DNA of 62,690 bases, filler included, from Stramenopiles sp. TOSAG23-6 (Eukaryota): assembly GCA_900128565.1 (NCBI GenBank). It is 8 parts of 8 records of this genome, joined end to end, with 100 filler letters (N's around TTAATTAATTAA, not from the genome) between each part and the next. Parts side by side here need not be neighbours in the genome. Positions count along the whole stretch, not along the records: positions 10,029 to 19,934 come from LT636344.1; positions 20,035 to 29,909 come from LT636345.1; 6 more parts are not named here. One strand, written 5' to 3'. Below the pieces are notes generated by a model, which was given only the letters and a program-made list of their open reading frames with translations, did not search any database and was not told the origin of the DNA. The translations under genes and the position numbers were made by a program. Positions 11,049 to 22,635 of the stretch are shown piece by piece. How positions within the stretch are numbered: position 1 is the first letter of the stretch; each line of letters starts with the position of its first letter.

Positions 11049-11266
11049 AAAAAAGTATCATGGTTTTTTCTAGTAAACCATTTGTACATTGACTTCTTAG
11101 ACTATAAAAAAGAGTATCATGGTTTTTTCGGTTTCTTTTAATTTTATATATATACGTATATATATATATATATAAAATATCACCTCGTCGTGTTTTCAAG
11201 GCAACGTTTTGCCTCATAAAAATTGTTTCCTCAAAAAGTCAAGACATTCGATTGTGCTTCAAAAAG

Positions 11267-14200
11267 TCAAGACATTCGATTGTGCTTCAAAAAGTCAAGA
11301 CATTCGATTGTACCACAAGCTTCAAGGCAGGTTTTTGCTTCATGAAAATTATTTTGTACATATAACAATCTTCCTAATTGTGCATAAATCGATTCTTGTA
11401 AACGTGCATGGAATCTATTACTTTGTTTTTGTTTGGATACTAATGCCGCTGCAATGCGTAAAGAATTTTCTGCTTCAGAAAACCGAGTTGTTTCATATCC
11501 ATTACTTTGTATTAATGCATATGCAAATTGATAATGCCATGTTGGTTCATTGGGGGAAATGACTGATGCTTTTTTAAAATAAGTCGCGGCTTTAGTGTAT
11601 TCTTTATGCTTTTGCATTAGAGTACCTAATTTTCCATACGTTGGTGCGACTAATGGATCTGTTTTTGGTCCTACATTTATAGCTTTCAAATATGCTTCTT
11701 CAGCAAGATCATCTCGTCCTTCCAATATTTTATTTTCGGCTTCGAACATTTGGCGTGCTGTCCATTTCGAATGTAAACATTCTTTATTGGTGATTCCCCA
11801 TTTAATGTCACAAAGCTGAAGTTTTTGCCAAACATTTATCATCAAAGAGGGTGAGTGGTTCACTACAAAATGAAACCAATGGTTTGGCATAAATAATAAA
11901 TCACCTTCCAAAACATTAATTTCGATTGCTTGTTGTTTCACGCGCTTTGTAAAAAATTTAAATGTTGTAGTATTCACAGACCGTGGGTCGTTTATCGAAG
12001 AAAACCAAACCTGATTTTTTTGTTGAACATATAAGGAATCCTTTGTAGCTGGTGGAAAGACAATCCACGTTTTGTTGCCAATATATTGATGTGCAAAGTT
12101 ACCATGATGAGCATGATCAGCATGCATTGTTGATATAGTTCCTTTGCTTCCAATCCACAGACGGGGCATCTGAAAACCAGTATTCGTAGAATTAAATACC
12201 ACATGTTTATATCCCATTCTCTCTAATATACGTGGGGATATTTTATTATTTCCTATATAGTCAGGTAATGATTCTGTATAGGGATCTAAATTGAAAGGCA
12301 ATGTTATCCTATCAATGTACTCGCCAAGTGTAACATTATGATAATCTCGAATATGATACCCATCCGGAGCTATTGTTATATTTCGACCTCTCATAATTTC
12401 TGAACCAAAGGTTTCTTTCAATAATTGCCAAGACCATGGCCATGTATTCTTTAAAAGTCCGCGTACGATGAATGGAGAAGATTCTTGTGAAGGATGACTA
12501 TTGTAGTGTGATACAACTGCTGCACTCATCCGAATCCTTGAAATTTCTGGTACCCTCCGTGCACATGTTGTGTCTTCGGTATCTTTGTTACTATTATTAC
12601 TATTTGAATGTAAAGTATCAATTATATGAGTGCTACAAAGAACATTCAAAATTACTGTTACAGCAGCGTCATAAACATAATCGGGATATACATATTCTAC
12701 TGTAGAATCGTAATCATTATCAATGGTACTTTTAGCACCATCAAAAATAGGAATCACTTCCGATGCTAGGGATAAATCATATAAATCTGCTACTATCATT
12801 CCATTATCCATTGCGAACGCCACTGCTTTTCTCTCTACTGCAGCGACGCGCTGGGCTTCCAAAAGAGCTGACTTCTCTGAGGCAGTATTAGCAAAAATAC
12901 CTTTCACGCGATTATATGTACCAGTATATGACGAAGGAGCAAAATCCGTCCAGAGAGTAATACCAACAACTTCTTTTCTTTGGTTTCTCATTTTCGTATT
13001 AAATATAATATCATTCAATGCTGGAATTACGGCATCTACAAAATATGCAGAACTTGATACTAATGTGCCAGTTCCGCTCGATGCATCAATAATTCGCTGT
13101 GCCTTCAGAACTTGTTTAGTTGCATCCGACGGTGAAATTGGTATGTTCCAAAAGTGGATATTTACTCCATCCACTGACACAGTGTCTAGATTATTTAAAT
13201 TTTTCACCACTATACCTAAATGTTTCAATAATGATAAGAATACTAACCGTTGAGATAAACTCCCAGAAAGAAATATAGAATGCACACTACAACTAGTAGC
13301 GTTGGTGTTGCTTTTATTTCGTGAATTTATGATACATTCCCGTGCAGAAGAACTGCTCAAGAAACGTCTATGCCAGCATCCATTTCTGAAAAATTCTTCA
13401 CCGCACCATTTACCACCGATACCAAACCCCCCACTTGGTAGTTGTGGGCAGTGATTATTTGTTGTGCAAGGCAAATTATACAAATTAGATAACTGCTTAC
13501 CGTGTTCAAATCTTATTTCATTGGAACATTCTACCAAGGAGTTTTTATTTTGTCTGTGATTAAGATGATTGCAAGGCCCTCGCTTTAGCTTTGCGTGATT
13601 GGTATCATGAGTATCCCTTGCAACATCGTTTGTTTGAGCACTGCATAGATTTGTTGGGTATAACAAATCCTGAACTATTTCATTCAATGGTTTGTTCAAT
13701 GATATTACATTAAGCAAATGCTGCATAACAATACGACGACCATGATCCAATAAATGTACACCCCCTATAGATTGCGGGCCCCATTCATTACCTTGTTCAA
13801 AACAAGAAGAAAAACGAGTGCGTAAGAGAGATAGAGTCGGTGTAAAATTATCAACAGTGATTAAGCCAGCGTTTCTTGCCGCTACTATTGATGCTACGCT
13901 AAATTTTGATAGTTCAGATTGTACACTCTGATTCTGCCAACGAGAGTGTGAAGGATCGACCATACTAGGGGAACGCCAGATCCACATGTTACTATTAGAG
14001 AAAGTTTCCTTGGAAGAAATAAACTTGAATATACCATGAAGTTTCTCTAATGTTTCAGGAGTATTCAAAAGTCCTTTCATCAATGGATAAGCACCAAAAG
14101 ATAAAACTATAATGCGGTTATTATCAGCAAATCGTTTTTGTTTGTTTTTACCACCCTGAGTTACGATAGAAAAAACTTGTGATTCAAATTCTTCAAGAGA

Positions 14201-14674
14201 CATAGCACGAAAGTAACGTACCTTTTCAATATCGCAACGTCCAGGCTCGTATTCTTCCAATTTCTCTGTATTCCCTAATGTACGCATATTTTCTGCAGGC
14301 AACCAGCGTTTAGATTCCTTAAAGTCTGGTAGTCGTTGATTAACGGTACAGTCTGCTTCCGCACATGGCGTTCGAGAAGAAGCGGAAGGCCAACCATCTA
14401 ACAAAGCCTGAATAGTAAAAGATAATCTACGGCTAGTAGAGTCTCCCACAATATACACCGAACGATTTTTGAGTAGTTTACACGCAGACTTGGTGTTGAA
14501 CCACTTGAAATTACAAGAACTCTCTGCATCAGATGGCCACTCCCATTCACCAAATTCATTCCATTTTCCATCAGTAACAGAGCTGGTACAGTTGAAATAT
14601 CGTTTCGTAGATAACCCTACATGAATTAATACAACCAAATACAAAAGTCGCAGATAATTGGAACGAACCATCAT
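11267..14674 (-). CDS. Secretory multidomain protein: SGNH/PC-esterase-like domains, JmjC (cupin-8) and TPR
   Basis: Signal-like N-terminus; YIVGDSTSR (GDS motif) and a degenerate second copy; LWIGSKGTISTMHAD...GDLLFMPNHWFH (JmjC HxD...H); C-terminal TPRs. Intronless. Confidence 0.8.
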   Translation of the reverse strand: MMVRSNYLRLLYLVVLIHVGLSTKRYFNCTSSVTDGKWNEFGEWEWPSDAESSCNFKWFNTKSACKLLKNRSVYIVGDSTSRRLSFTIQALLDGWPSASSRTPCAEADCTVNQRLPDFKESKRWLPAENMRTLGNTEKLEEYEPGRCDIEKVRYFRAMSLEEFESQVFSIVTQGGKNKQKRFADNNRIIVLSFGAYPLMKGLLNTPETLEKLHGIFKFISSKETFSNSNMWIWRSPSMVDPSHSRWQNQSVQSELSKFSVASIVAARNAGLITVDNFTPTLSLLRTRFSSCFEQGNEWGPQSIGGVHLLDHGRRIVMQHLLNVISLNKPLNEIVQDLLYPTNLCSAQTNDVARDTHDTNHAKLKRGPCNHLNHRQNKNSLVECSNEIRFEHGKQLSNLYNLPCTTNNHCPQLPSGGFGIGGKWCGEEFFRNGCWHRRFLSSSSARECIINSRNKSNTNATSCSVHSIFLSGSLSQRLVFLSLLKHLGIVVKNLNNLDTVSVDGVNIHFWNIPISPSDATKQVLKAQRIIDASSGTGTLVSSSAYFVDAVIPALNDIIFNTKMRNQRKEVVGITLWTDFAPSSYTGTYNRVKGIFANTASEKSALLEAQRVAAVERKAVAFAMDNGMIVADLYDLSLASEVIPIFDGAKSTIDNDYDSTVEYVYPDYVYDAAVTVILNVLCSTHIIDTLHSNSNNSNKDTEDTTCARRVPEISRIRMSAAVVSHYNSHPSQESSPFIVRGLLKNTWPWSWQLLKETFGSEIMRGRNITIAPDGYHIRDYHNVTLGEYIDRITLPFNLDPYTESLPDYIGNNKISPRILERMGYKHVVFNSTNTGFQMPRLWIGSKGTISTMHADHAHHGNFAHQYIGNKTWIVFPPATKDSLYVQQKNQVWFSSINDPRSVNTTTFKFFTKRVKQQAIEINVLEGDLLFMPNHWFHFVVNHSPSLMINVWQKLQLCDIKWGITNKECLHSKWTARQMFEAENKILEGRDDLAEEAYLKAINVGPKTDPLVAPTYGKLGTLMQKHKEYTKAATYFKKASVISPNEPTWHYQFAYALIQSNGYETTRFSEAENSLRIAAALVSKQKQSNRFHARLQESIYAQLGRLLYVQNNFHEAKTCLEACGTIECLDFLKHNRMS

Positions 14675-14991
14675 CTCAAACCCCAACTTTTATAATTACG
14701 TACCGGATTCCCTTGCCGCTGTTGCACGTATCTAGTGCTCGTCTAATCCAGTCAAGATAATTTAGCCTTGATCCTCTTATTATTGAAATATTGAAATATA
14801 TAGATAAGCATCAGAGTAAGCCTACTTTATAAATTAACGCGATGGAATCTTTTTTATTAGGATACCGTAATACAACAACGGTATAAAGATACGACCGTTC
14901 TTTTCCGCATTCGCATTCGGCATTTCTGTTGTGACTTTCGGACTTTTGTGACCCGCAAGTACCTACACTACTCTACTGGACGTAGTAAAAT

Positions 14992-16205
14992 ATGTCATTA
15001 ACATACTCCCGCAAACTCGTTGATGTTCTTCGGCCTCATTTCAAGCCCGCAAAGGTTGCACGTCTCGAAGAAGTATTGTCGAATCGTCGAAATTCACGTC
15101 GAATAATTCTAGAAAATGTAGGAGATATACACAATGCAGTAGCGTGTTTGCGATCGGCTGATTCCTTCGGGATACAACACGTGCACTTAATTGAAAGTTA
15201 CGATAATTTTCCAATTTCAAAACAGCGAAATATTAAGGGTTTACCAGCGAGTACTGATACAGGTGCTCAAAAATGGTTGACAATTCATCACCATAAAAAT
15301 GTTGAAGACTGTGTTGATCATTTAAAGGCTGAAGGCTTTCAAGTTCTTGTAAGTTCCGTGGATGACGAAGAAGACCCAGATTTTGCGGATATGCAAGCCA
15401 AGCCAACACTTCCATTAGTTACCGCTCTACAGACAGCTTCATGCAATGCAATTAACACATGTGATCTATCTAATAATACAGGGGAAGACGACGGACCTTC
15501 TGACATTGTGGAAGGAAAAGCAAGTTGTCACGGTTTAGGTGCTGGAAATGCGCGAATAGCTTTGGCGTTTGGCAATGAAACACGTGGTGTATCTAGAACC
15601 TTGTGTATGCATGCTGATATAAGATTTTGGATACCAACTTCTGGATTCACTCGATCGCTCAATTTATCTGTTGCCACAGGTGCGAGTCTTGCTGTGATGG
15701 ATTCACTAGATAGAATGTACGTTTTATTTTTTTTTCAAATTCGAATTTTTTTTTCGTACGAAAATTTGTACCTAACGATTTTTTTTGAAATATTTTTCCA
15801 AAATACATGGACTTTGAGATACTTGCTAGAAAGAGTTCTACTTGTACGTCTAAAAAGAGTTCTACAAGTAAATCTCCGACAATGGAAGACATAGCTAACA
15901 ATCTTTGTAGTACTAAAATGAAATCCGGAGGTCCAGACTGGGGGGGATATTGGGCTTTAGCAGAGAGTCGTGGAATAGACGTCTTGTCTGAAACTTCTGT
16001 TGCACAATTGGGTGAGGAAAAGTCACAATTGAAAAAGGAAAAGGATAATAATACAAAAATATCCAAAGTAGAAAGAAAATTTAATGGCTTATTGTCCAAA
16101 GAAGAGCAGGTTGGATTAATGTCAATCTGGATGCTTCGTGACTTTGGACGTGGTGTTGACGCATTCTTGAAAAGACATGGTTTGCGTCGTCCAGATGACT
16201 TTTAA
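14992..16205 (+). CDS. SpoU/TrmH-family RNA 2'-O-methyltransferase; intron 15717-15808
   Basis: ILENVGDIHNAVACLRSADSFG, AFGNETRGVS, IPTSGFTRSLNLSVA (SPOUT motifs). Confidence 0.9.
15717..15808 (+). mobile_element. Representative introner-like intron (GT...AT), close to the family consensus
   Basis: gtacgtttt-T-run-ttcgtacgaaaatttgtacctaac-T-run-gaaatatttttccaaaatacat. About 50 related copies lie in unrelated genes, in the host's sense orientation. Mobility is inferred from the dispersed similarity. Confidence 0.75.
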
Positions 16206-16395
16206 CAAAATTAATGATCAAAAAATTTGAGAATTTAAAAAAAAAAAGTGGCCCGGGTATACAAAATTTTAGTACAAAATTTAGCAAAAATATCGCTATA
16301 GGAACGAACATAGGAACGCCGAAAACAAAGATCAAAAAGAAGAGGATTTAGATTACGGGTACCACCTACTATAATTAATAATTCCGTCAAAATTA

Positions 16396-16947
16396 ATGAA
16401 AAATACAATGTCAACAACTTTACCCATCGATGTTAATGATTCATCAAGTTCTACTTATTACACTTTAAATCCATCGACCTTTTCAGTTCCATCCCTGTGG
16501 TCATATCGTCAAATTCAAAAACTCTGTAAGCAACTTGGTTTAAATGCCAGTGGGACACGTGAAAAGTTGGTGTCTAGATTACAAGAGTGGCACATTGAAG
16601 GCCGACATGGTGACAAAGCAGAGTGTGGGAAGTTTGGTTTGATTGGTATAAAGTTACATAGTCCAAAAAGAAAACATTGTAGTGTATCTCCATCGTTATT
16701 AAGTCCACTGCGTAAGACATCTAGAAAAAAACGTGAAGATGGTTCTGTCGTTTCACCAAGGTCAATTCTGAAACGAAAGTTTCAAACTAAAAATGGCGCT
16801 TCAGTAAAAGATAATTTCACAACAAATTTGGACACTGAAACTCCATCAAATAAAACAAGAAAACTACTATTCTCACCGTATAATATGGTACGTGTCATAA
16901 GCCCAGTATTTAGAAACTCTCCAGGGGAGATCGATGAGAGGCTGTAG
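16396..16947 (+). CDS. SAP-domain protein
   Basis: SYRQIQKLCKQLGLNASGTREKLVSRL matches the SAP motif. Confidence 0.75.
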   Translation: MKNTMSTTLPIDVNDSSSSTYYTLNPSTFSVPSLWSYRQIQKLCKQLGLNASGTREKLVSRLQEWHIEGRHGDKAECGKFGLIGIKLHSPKRKHCSVSPSLLSPLRKTSRKKREDGSVVSPRSILKRKFQTKNGASVKDNFTTNLDTETPSNKTRKLLFSPYNMVRVISPVFRNSPGEIDERL

Positions 16948-17053
16948 CAAACACTAAAAAAATTTCAGGACTTAAAAATATAAATTTTGTACTATATATA
17001 TATATATTATATTCATCATGCCAAATATCTAAGAATATTGACTTGAATCTTAA

Positions 17054-18139
17054 TTATAAAATAATGTCTCCTTCACCTTCATCACTATACCCATCAACTG
17101 AAGCTGTATCTTCGAAATCCTCGTCATCTTCGTCCGGAATTACTTCGACACAAAGTCTTCCATCACCACCAACTACACCTTTACAAACTCGACCACCAAT
17201 TGTTTCCGTGATTGAAATTGTCGAGGGAACTTTTTGCCTCTGAGTTGAATTTCGATGAAGTAAATTCAGACCCTCTTTACTGAGATTTTTTATTCTATCA
17301 CTATTCATACACTGGCGATTTTGTCGGCGCCGCCCTTTTAACAATTGTTGTGATGTTTTATGAATGTAAGATGAAACACGGGCACCCACTTTATTATGTC
17401 TATTGATGGGCTTTAACACGCCTAAGTCTTCTTCAATGTCATCTTGATTTGTAGTGGTTGTGCAGCTGAGAACAGTAGCATGAACACTGCCACCATCGCT
17501 TTCGTCCATATTCTCATCGGTAAAATCGCCCAGATTCACATTATTGTTTTTACTACTTCTTTTGAAAGGTGATGGTGTATTCACACCATTACTTACAAAA
17601 GAAAATAAGGAAGGTAAAGGTGACGTGAGACCCTCAAATGCATCATCTTGGTGCCCCGCTTCAACCTCTTCAAGCTTTTGGCGCAATTGCTCTGATCGTT
17701 TATGAGTTCCCTTGCCTGCTAGTCGAGTATACGATATTTTCTTCACTAGATTAGATTGTTGAGATGAGTTCGGTTTTGGTTTTCGTATTTTTTTCCCAAT
17801 CTCATTTAAAGGATTTGACTTTGAAGAAGAAAGTTGTTTTGTTAGTGTGGATGTATCCTTTGAATCTAGACATTCTGATTTCTTTCTTTCACAACGGCTT
17901 TGAAAACGTTTTGAACAATCATTTCTTGTTTTCGAAGACTTACTCCGTTTTGGCTTCGGAGATCTAAAACCACTAAACCATCGCTCTTGACAATCTTTGC
18001 CTGTTTTATTTCCAGGAACGAATTTCGCAATTTTTGACCAGTACTTTGAAGATCGTGGATCAACAAGTCCTCGAGTAACCGCTTTCCTCAAAGCTGCCAA
18101 TTGACTACCTCTCCAACCATCATCATCTTCTTCATCATC

Positions 18140-18172
<33 letters not shown>

Positions 18173-19934
18173 TACTTCATCAACTTCAACATCAACTTCA
18201 TCATCATCTTTGTCGTCGTCATTATAGTCAGAATCGGCATCACTATCATCAGAATTATCACTTGTCACTACCATTTTTTTATCATCACTAGTATGTGAAG
18301 TATTTGAATTTGATCTTGATCTTGATCTAGTTGATCGGCGTAGTGGTAATACTTTTTTTGTTTTTGAATTTTTCAAAGAAGCAGTCCGCTGATTTCGTGT
18401 TGAGGTGCATTTAATTTCTGTTGTGCTTTTTTGAGCTGATACCTTTTTACTACCCGAGCTTTGATTGACAGGAGCATTTGCTCTTCCTGAATATCCAATG
18501 ATAGGATCAACTAGTACATTAATAGGCAACAAAATAGCAGTGCCTTTTAGAAGCTTTGCTTTCGCTGTAAACCCTTTGTATCTATCTTTGTTTAAAGCTA
18601 TAAGTGTACCAAGTTTTGCACCTAATAATGCACAAATAGAATTTGGAGTTTCATTCTCTTTTTGAGTATAATAAATTCGTACTAATTCATTTCCACTGTC
18701 ATCTTCTTCATCACTTTCAGACTCACTTTTCTTTTTTTTTTTAACTTTATTCGTTTTAACAATTTTTTTGACAGGGTTCTTTGCTTTTTGAACGTGTTTC
18801 GTGTCGTTTTTAGAAATATTTCGTTTACAATGTTTCTTTGCTTTTTGAATGTTTTTCGTGTCTTTTTTAGGACGCCCGCGTTTTTTATTTTTTCTTTGAT
18901 TCATTGATTTGCTAGTTGATGTTTTTGAGTTTTTATCATTTTTATGTTTTTTGGTTTTTCTTTTATTCTTTTCTGTTGAGACAGGTTGTAGTGCCTGTTC
19001 CTTTTTGATTGCATCCATTTTAGAAGCCATTTCATTAAGACTTTTTTCAGCAATATCTCGTTTTCTCCTTGCTTCTGCTTCTCTTTTTTCTTCATCCAAG
19101 CCATATTTAAACCTGTCCGATGATGCTTTTTGGAAAAATATTTGAAAAAAAAATCGTCAGGTACAAAATTTCGTATGAAAAAAAAATCGAATTTGAAAAA
19201 AAATAAAACATACATGATAAGGCGGTCCTTTCTGCATTTCCTATAGCGAGTGAACAACATCCTACTAAACTACCATATTTTCTCGATTGAACAGGTACTG
19301 TGAAAAATATTTTACATTCATTTTTTTTGTTAGGTACAAATTTTGGTACAAAAAGAAAATTTGATTTTGAAAACGTACAACTCTCTGATTTCTCCAAAAT
19401 GCTAGAGGTGGTAAAGATCGTCGACCACTTTTAGTCCGTGCTGTGCCCACTTCCAACACACCGGCTAGAGAATCTAATGGAACTTCTGGTGTTTTTGACT
19501 CAACTGTCGGAGTTGGCATTGGTTTTCGAGGCACTGGTAAAAGATCGGTTGTTGTATTCGTAAACATCTCAGGGGTAACGGTATGTAACAAAGATGAATG
19601 ATTTTTAGACTTTGGTGTATTTGTTTCATCAATGCGATTTCTCGAGTGTTGTGCTGTTTTTATCTTCGATGCTGAATTTGATTGAGTTTTTGTTTTTTTC
19701 TTTGATAGAGATTTTGTTTCTGGTTTTGATGTTTGTTTTCGTTTTGATGCTGAATTTGATTGAGTTTTTATTTTTTTCTTTGGTACAGATTTTGTTTCTG
19801 GTTTTGATGTTTGTTTTCGTTTTGGTGCTGAATTTGATTGAGTTTTTATTTTTTTCTTTGCTACAGATTTTGCTTCTGGTTTTGGTGTTTGTTTTCGTTT
19901 TGATGCTGAATTTGATTGAGTTTTTATTTTTTTC
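17054..19934 (-). CDS. KNL2/M18BP1-like centromere licensing protein (5' truncated); introns 19293-19378 and 19123-19213
   Basis: CENP-C-like motif RTKSGRRSLPPLAFWRNQR, SANT/Myb domain (W...YWSKIAKFVPGNKTGKDCQERW), and C-terminal GTHKRSEQLRQKLEEVEAGHQDDAF resembling the M18BP1 tail. Also a LysM-like segment. Confidence 0.7.
19668..19934 (-). repeat. Coding tandem repeat, 78-nt unit (26 aa), at least 3.5 copies, broken by the contig end
   Basis: The unit start g(a/g)tgctgaatttgattgagttttt recurs at 19668, 19746, 19824 and 19902. Confidence 0.9.
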
Positions 19935-20104
19935 NNNNNNNNNNNNNNNNNNNNNNNNNNNNNNNNNNNNNNNNNNNNTTAATTAATTAANNNNNNNNNN
20001 NNNNNNNNNNNNNNNNNNNNNNNNNNNNNNNNNNAAAAAAATAAAAAAAAAAAAAAAAATTTAAATTTTTTTTTTTTTTTTTTTTAAATGAAATGTAAAC
20101 GTAC

Positions 20105-22063
20105 ATGCCAAAGGTCTATCGGTTGTATCTCCAAGGCCAAGTCTGCCGTTACTTCCATCACCCCATGCATACATTTCACTATTTGTAAGTAGAACTAAAG
20201 TGTGCCCAAGCCCACATGCTACATCTTTTACCGGTGCTTTCAAATGTAGGGCATTTACAATACGAGGTAATATGTATTGTGAAAAAAAAAAAAAAAAAAA
20301 ATTGTTTTTTTGTTAGGTACAAAATTTCCTACGAAAAAAAAAATAAAATAATAAAAACATACATTTCTTCAGTTGTATCTCCATGGCCTAATCGGTACTT
20401 ATCTCCATTACCCCATGTAAACAGGTCACCAGCGGCATTTACCGCGACGGAATGTGTAGAAAACGATGCAACTTGTATCATCGTTGTATTTGCAATTGAA
20501 TCAACAATAGATGGAACAAATCGATTAGAAAGATGATTTTCTCTAGGGTTAGGGTTAGGGTTAGGGTTTCCTATTTTTGAATTTCTAGGGTTATGGTGTA
20601 GGGTATATATACCATTTTCACTTCCAGATATTTCATTATTTCTCGTACCAATTGGATTTCGTGGGTGATAAGGGTTAGGGCTATCATTCATTCTACTATT
20701 CATAGTACGATTTCCATATATCTCAGTTTGGGAAGAATTCGACATTTTTATAGAAAGATTAGGGTTAGGGTTTTTTACTTTGTTTCCTATATTGTTTGTC
20801 AAATTCGTATTATTTATTTTTTCATAACCATGACCTAATTTCCCATAGTCACCTCTTCCAAATGTAAAAAGAACACCTTGTAGCATAGGGTTAGGGTTAG
20901 CACTATTATTAAAATGACAAACATTTCCATCCTCTCTGTGATCAACAAAAAGATTTCCTTGAGATTCTTCTTCAATTTTTGTTTTTTTTGNTTTTTTTGN
21001 TTTTTTTTNTTTTTTTTNTTTTTTTTGTTGTACTAGACATTTTCATACCTAGTGTATCATGACTATTTTGACTATTATGAAATGCCTTTGCAGACGATAT
21101 CTCTTCAAGATACTGTTTAATACTAAAAATATTCATTTTATCAAGCTTATATTTGTTAGGGTTAGGGTTACTAGGGTTAGGGTCACATCTATTCATGACA
21201 GTTAAAATTGTTTGGACGGCTGATAATATATGACGAAGATGTCCTCGTTTGATTGAAATACCGATAATACTAGAGAGAGCTTCGACATTTGCAATATTAT
21301 GTTTATTATGTTGTTTTTTTTGTGTAATGGTTGTTGTAGAGTTAGGGTTAGGGTTAGACTCTACACTGTCTGTGAGATAGTTTTCCAGTGTTTCAACTAG
21401 GGACTGCACTACTCCTCTTTTATCATTATTATCATTATTATCATTATTATCATTATTATCATCAAATGAGGACAAGTATAAACTGTTTCTAGAAAGGGAT
21501 AAAGCTGGAAATCCGGATAAAATAACCGGTAACTGTTTAACAATCTGAGTCAACAACCTATCGCTATTCGAATGCCTAATTGTTTGAAGTAATCTGAAAA
21601 AAAGTTTTACGCCAATTTTCGCATGTAAAGGTAATTGAGAAAATGAAGTATCTGTTCCTCCCTCTATCAATGAGATATCAGAAAAACATTTCGTGTTTGT
21701 AGAGTCATTTGATTGTTTGTCTTCCATAGAGAAAGGAGTCAAGGTGTTATCCATAACCAACTTAATGGAAGAGTTTTTACCATTACTAAGAGAAAACTTT
21801 AGTTTTTGTCGCGCACATATCAATTGAAAGTCTACACACCTTGCAAGATATATTCTATGATTGATTTCACGCGAATGTTTGTCTCCACTTTGGACGAGAA
21901 TCTTTGCTTCACTGTCTAACCACATTGTATCACGAAATGCAGCGTAATCTAGAGCTGGAAAGCCAAGTAGTACGTCTGCTTCAAGAGCATCTGTGGCTTG
22001 TGTATCAACAACGTCTCCTGGGATTGTATCAGGTTGTGATTCAGTATGTATTTGCTGCACCAT
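20105..22063 (-). CDS. RCC1-repeat protein, HERC-like N-terminal part (3' truncated); intron 20272-20362; low-quality stretch near 20990
   Basis: [20 protein letters not shown]...[27 protein letters not shown]...[13 protein letters not shown]. Confidence 0.8.
20544..21358. repeat. Cluster of short interstitial (TTAGGG)n tracts inside coding sequence (encoding NPNP)
   Basis: Tracts near 20544, 20671, 20760, 20887, 21156 and 21341. Confidence 0.85.
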
Positions 22064-22635
22064 TCTTCCCCAGCTACATTAACTATTCGTGTAAAGAACT
22101 CATATCTATCTATGCAAGGGAATTCTCTTTTTCGTGATATTATTAAAATTCAATAATTTCAATCATTTCAATCGATCAAATCAACGAGCATTTGAAGAGC
22201 ACAGCGCGGCATAATCGTGTTTTTTATGCCAAAAGTGGAAAATCGTAAAAATGCTCTAATTTCTAAAGTAGGCAGAGTTTTTTGTACAGATTGAAATGGT
22301 ATGCTCCAAATACTAAACTCCGAACATCTACAAAGTTACATGAAGAAACTCTACGCCTAACATTGTTTAATTAGACATTGNCATTTTTTNAAGNANGNAC
22401 CCTTTTCCATAAAAAAAAAAAATTAACTACGAAATTTCGTACCAAAATTCCAAAAAAAAATTAACTACGAAAATTCCTACTTAAATTGTGAAATTCTGAA
22501 TTTGGCATAAAAAAAAAATTTCAAATTTCAAATTTCAAAATTTCAAATTTTTTCGATCCAGTACTCCCTCTAATAATAATACATCTACATACTTATATAT
22601 ATTCAAAATATTGTATAGTAATAAAACTAGACAGA

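Noticed and set aside
20972-21030. Stop and frame break in the RCC1-repeat gene
   Set aside because: It falls in an N-containing homopolymer-rich stretch, so it is probably a sequencing artefact.
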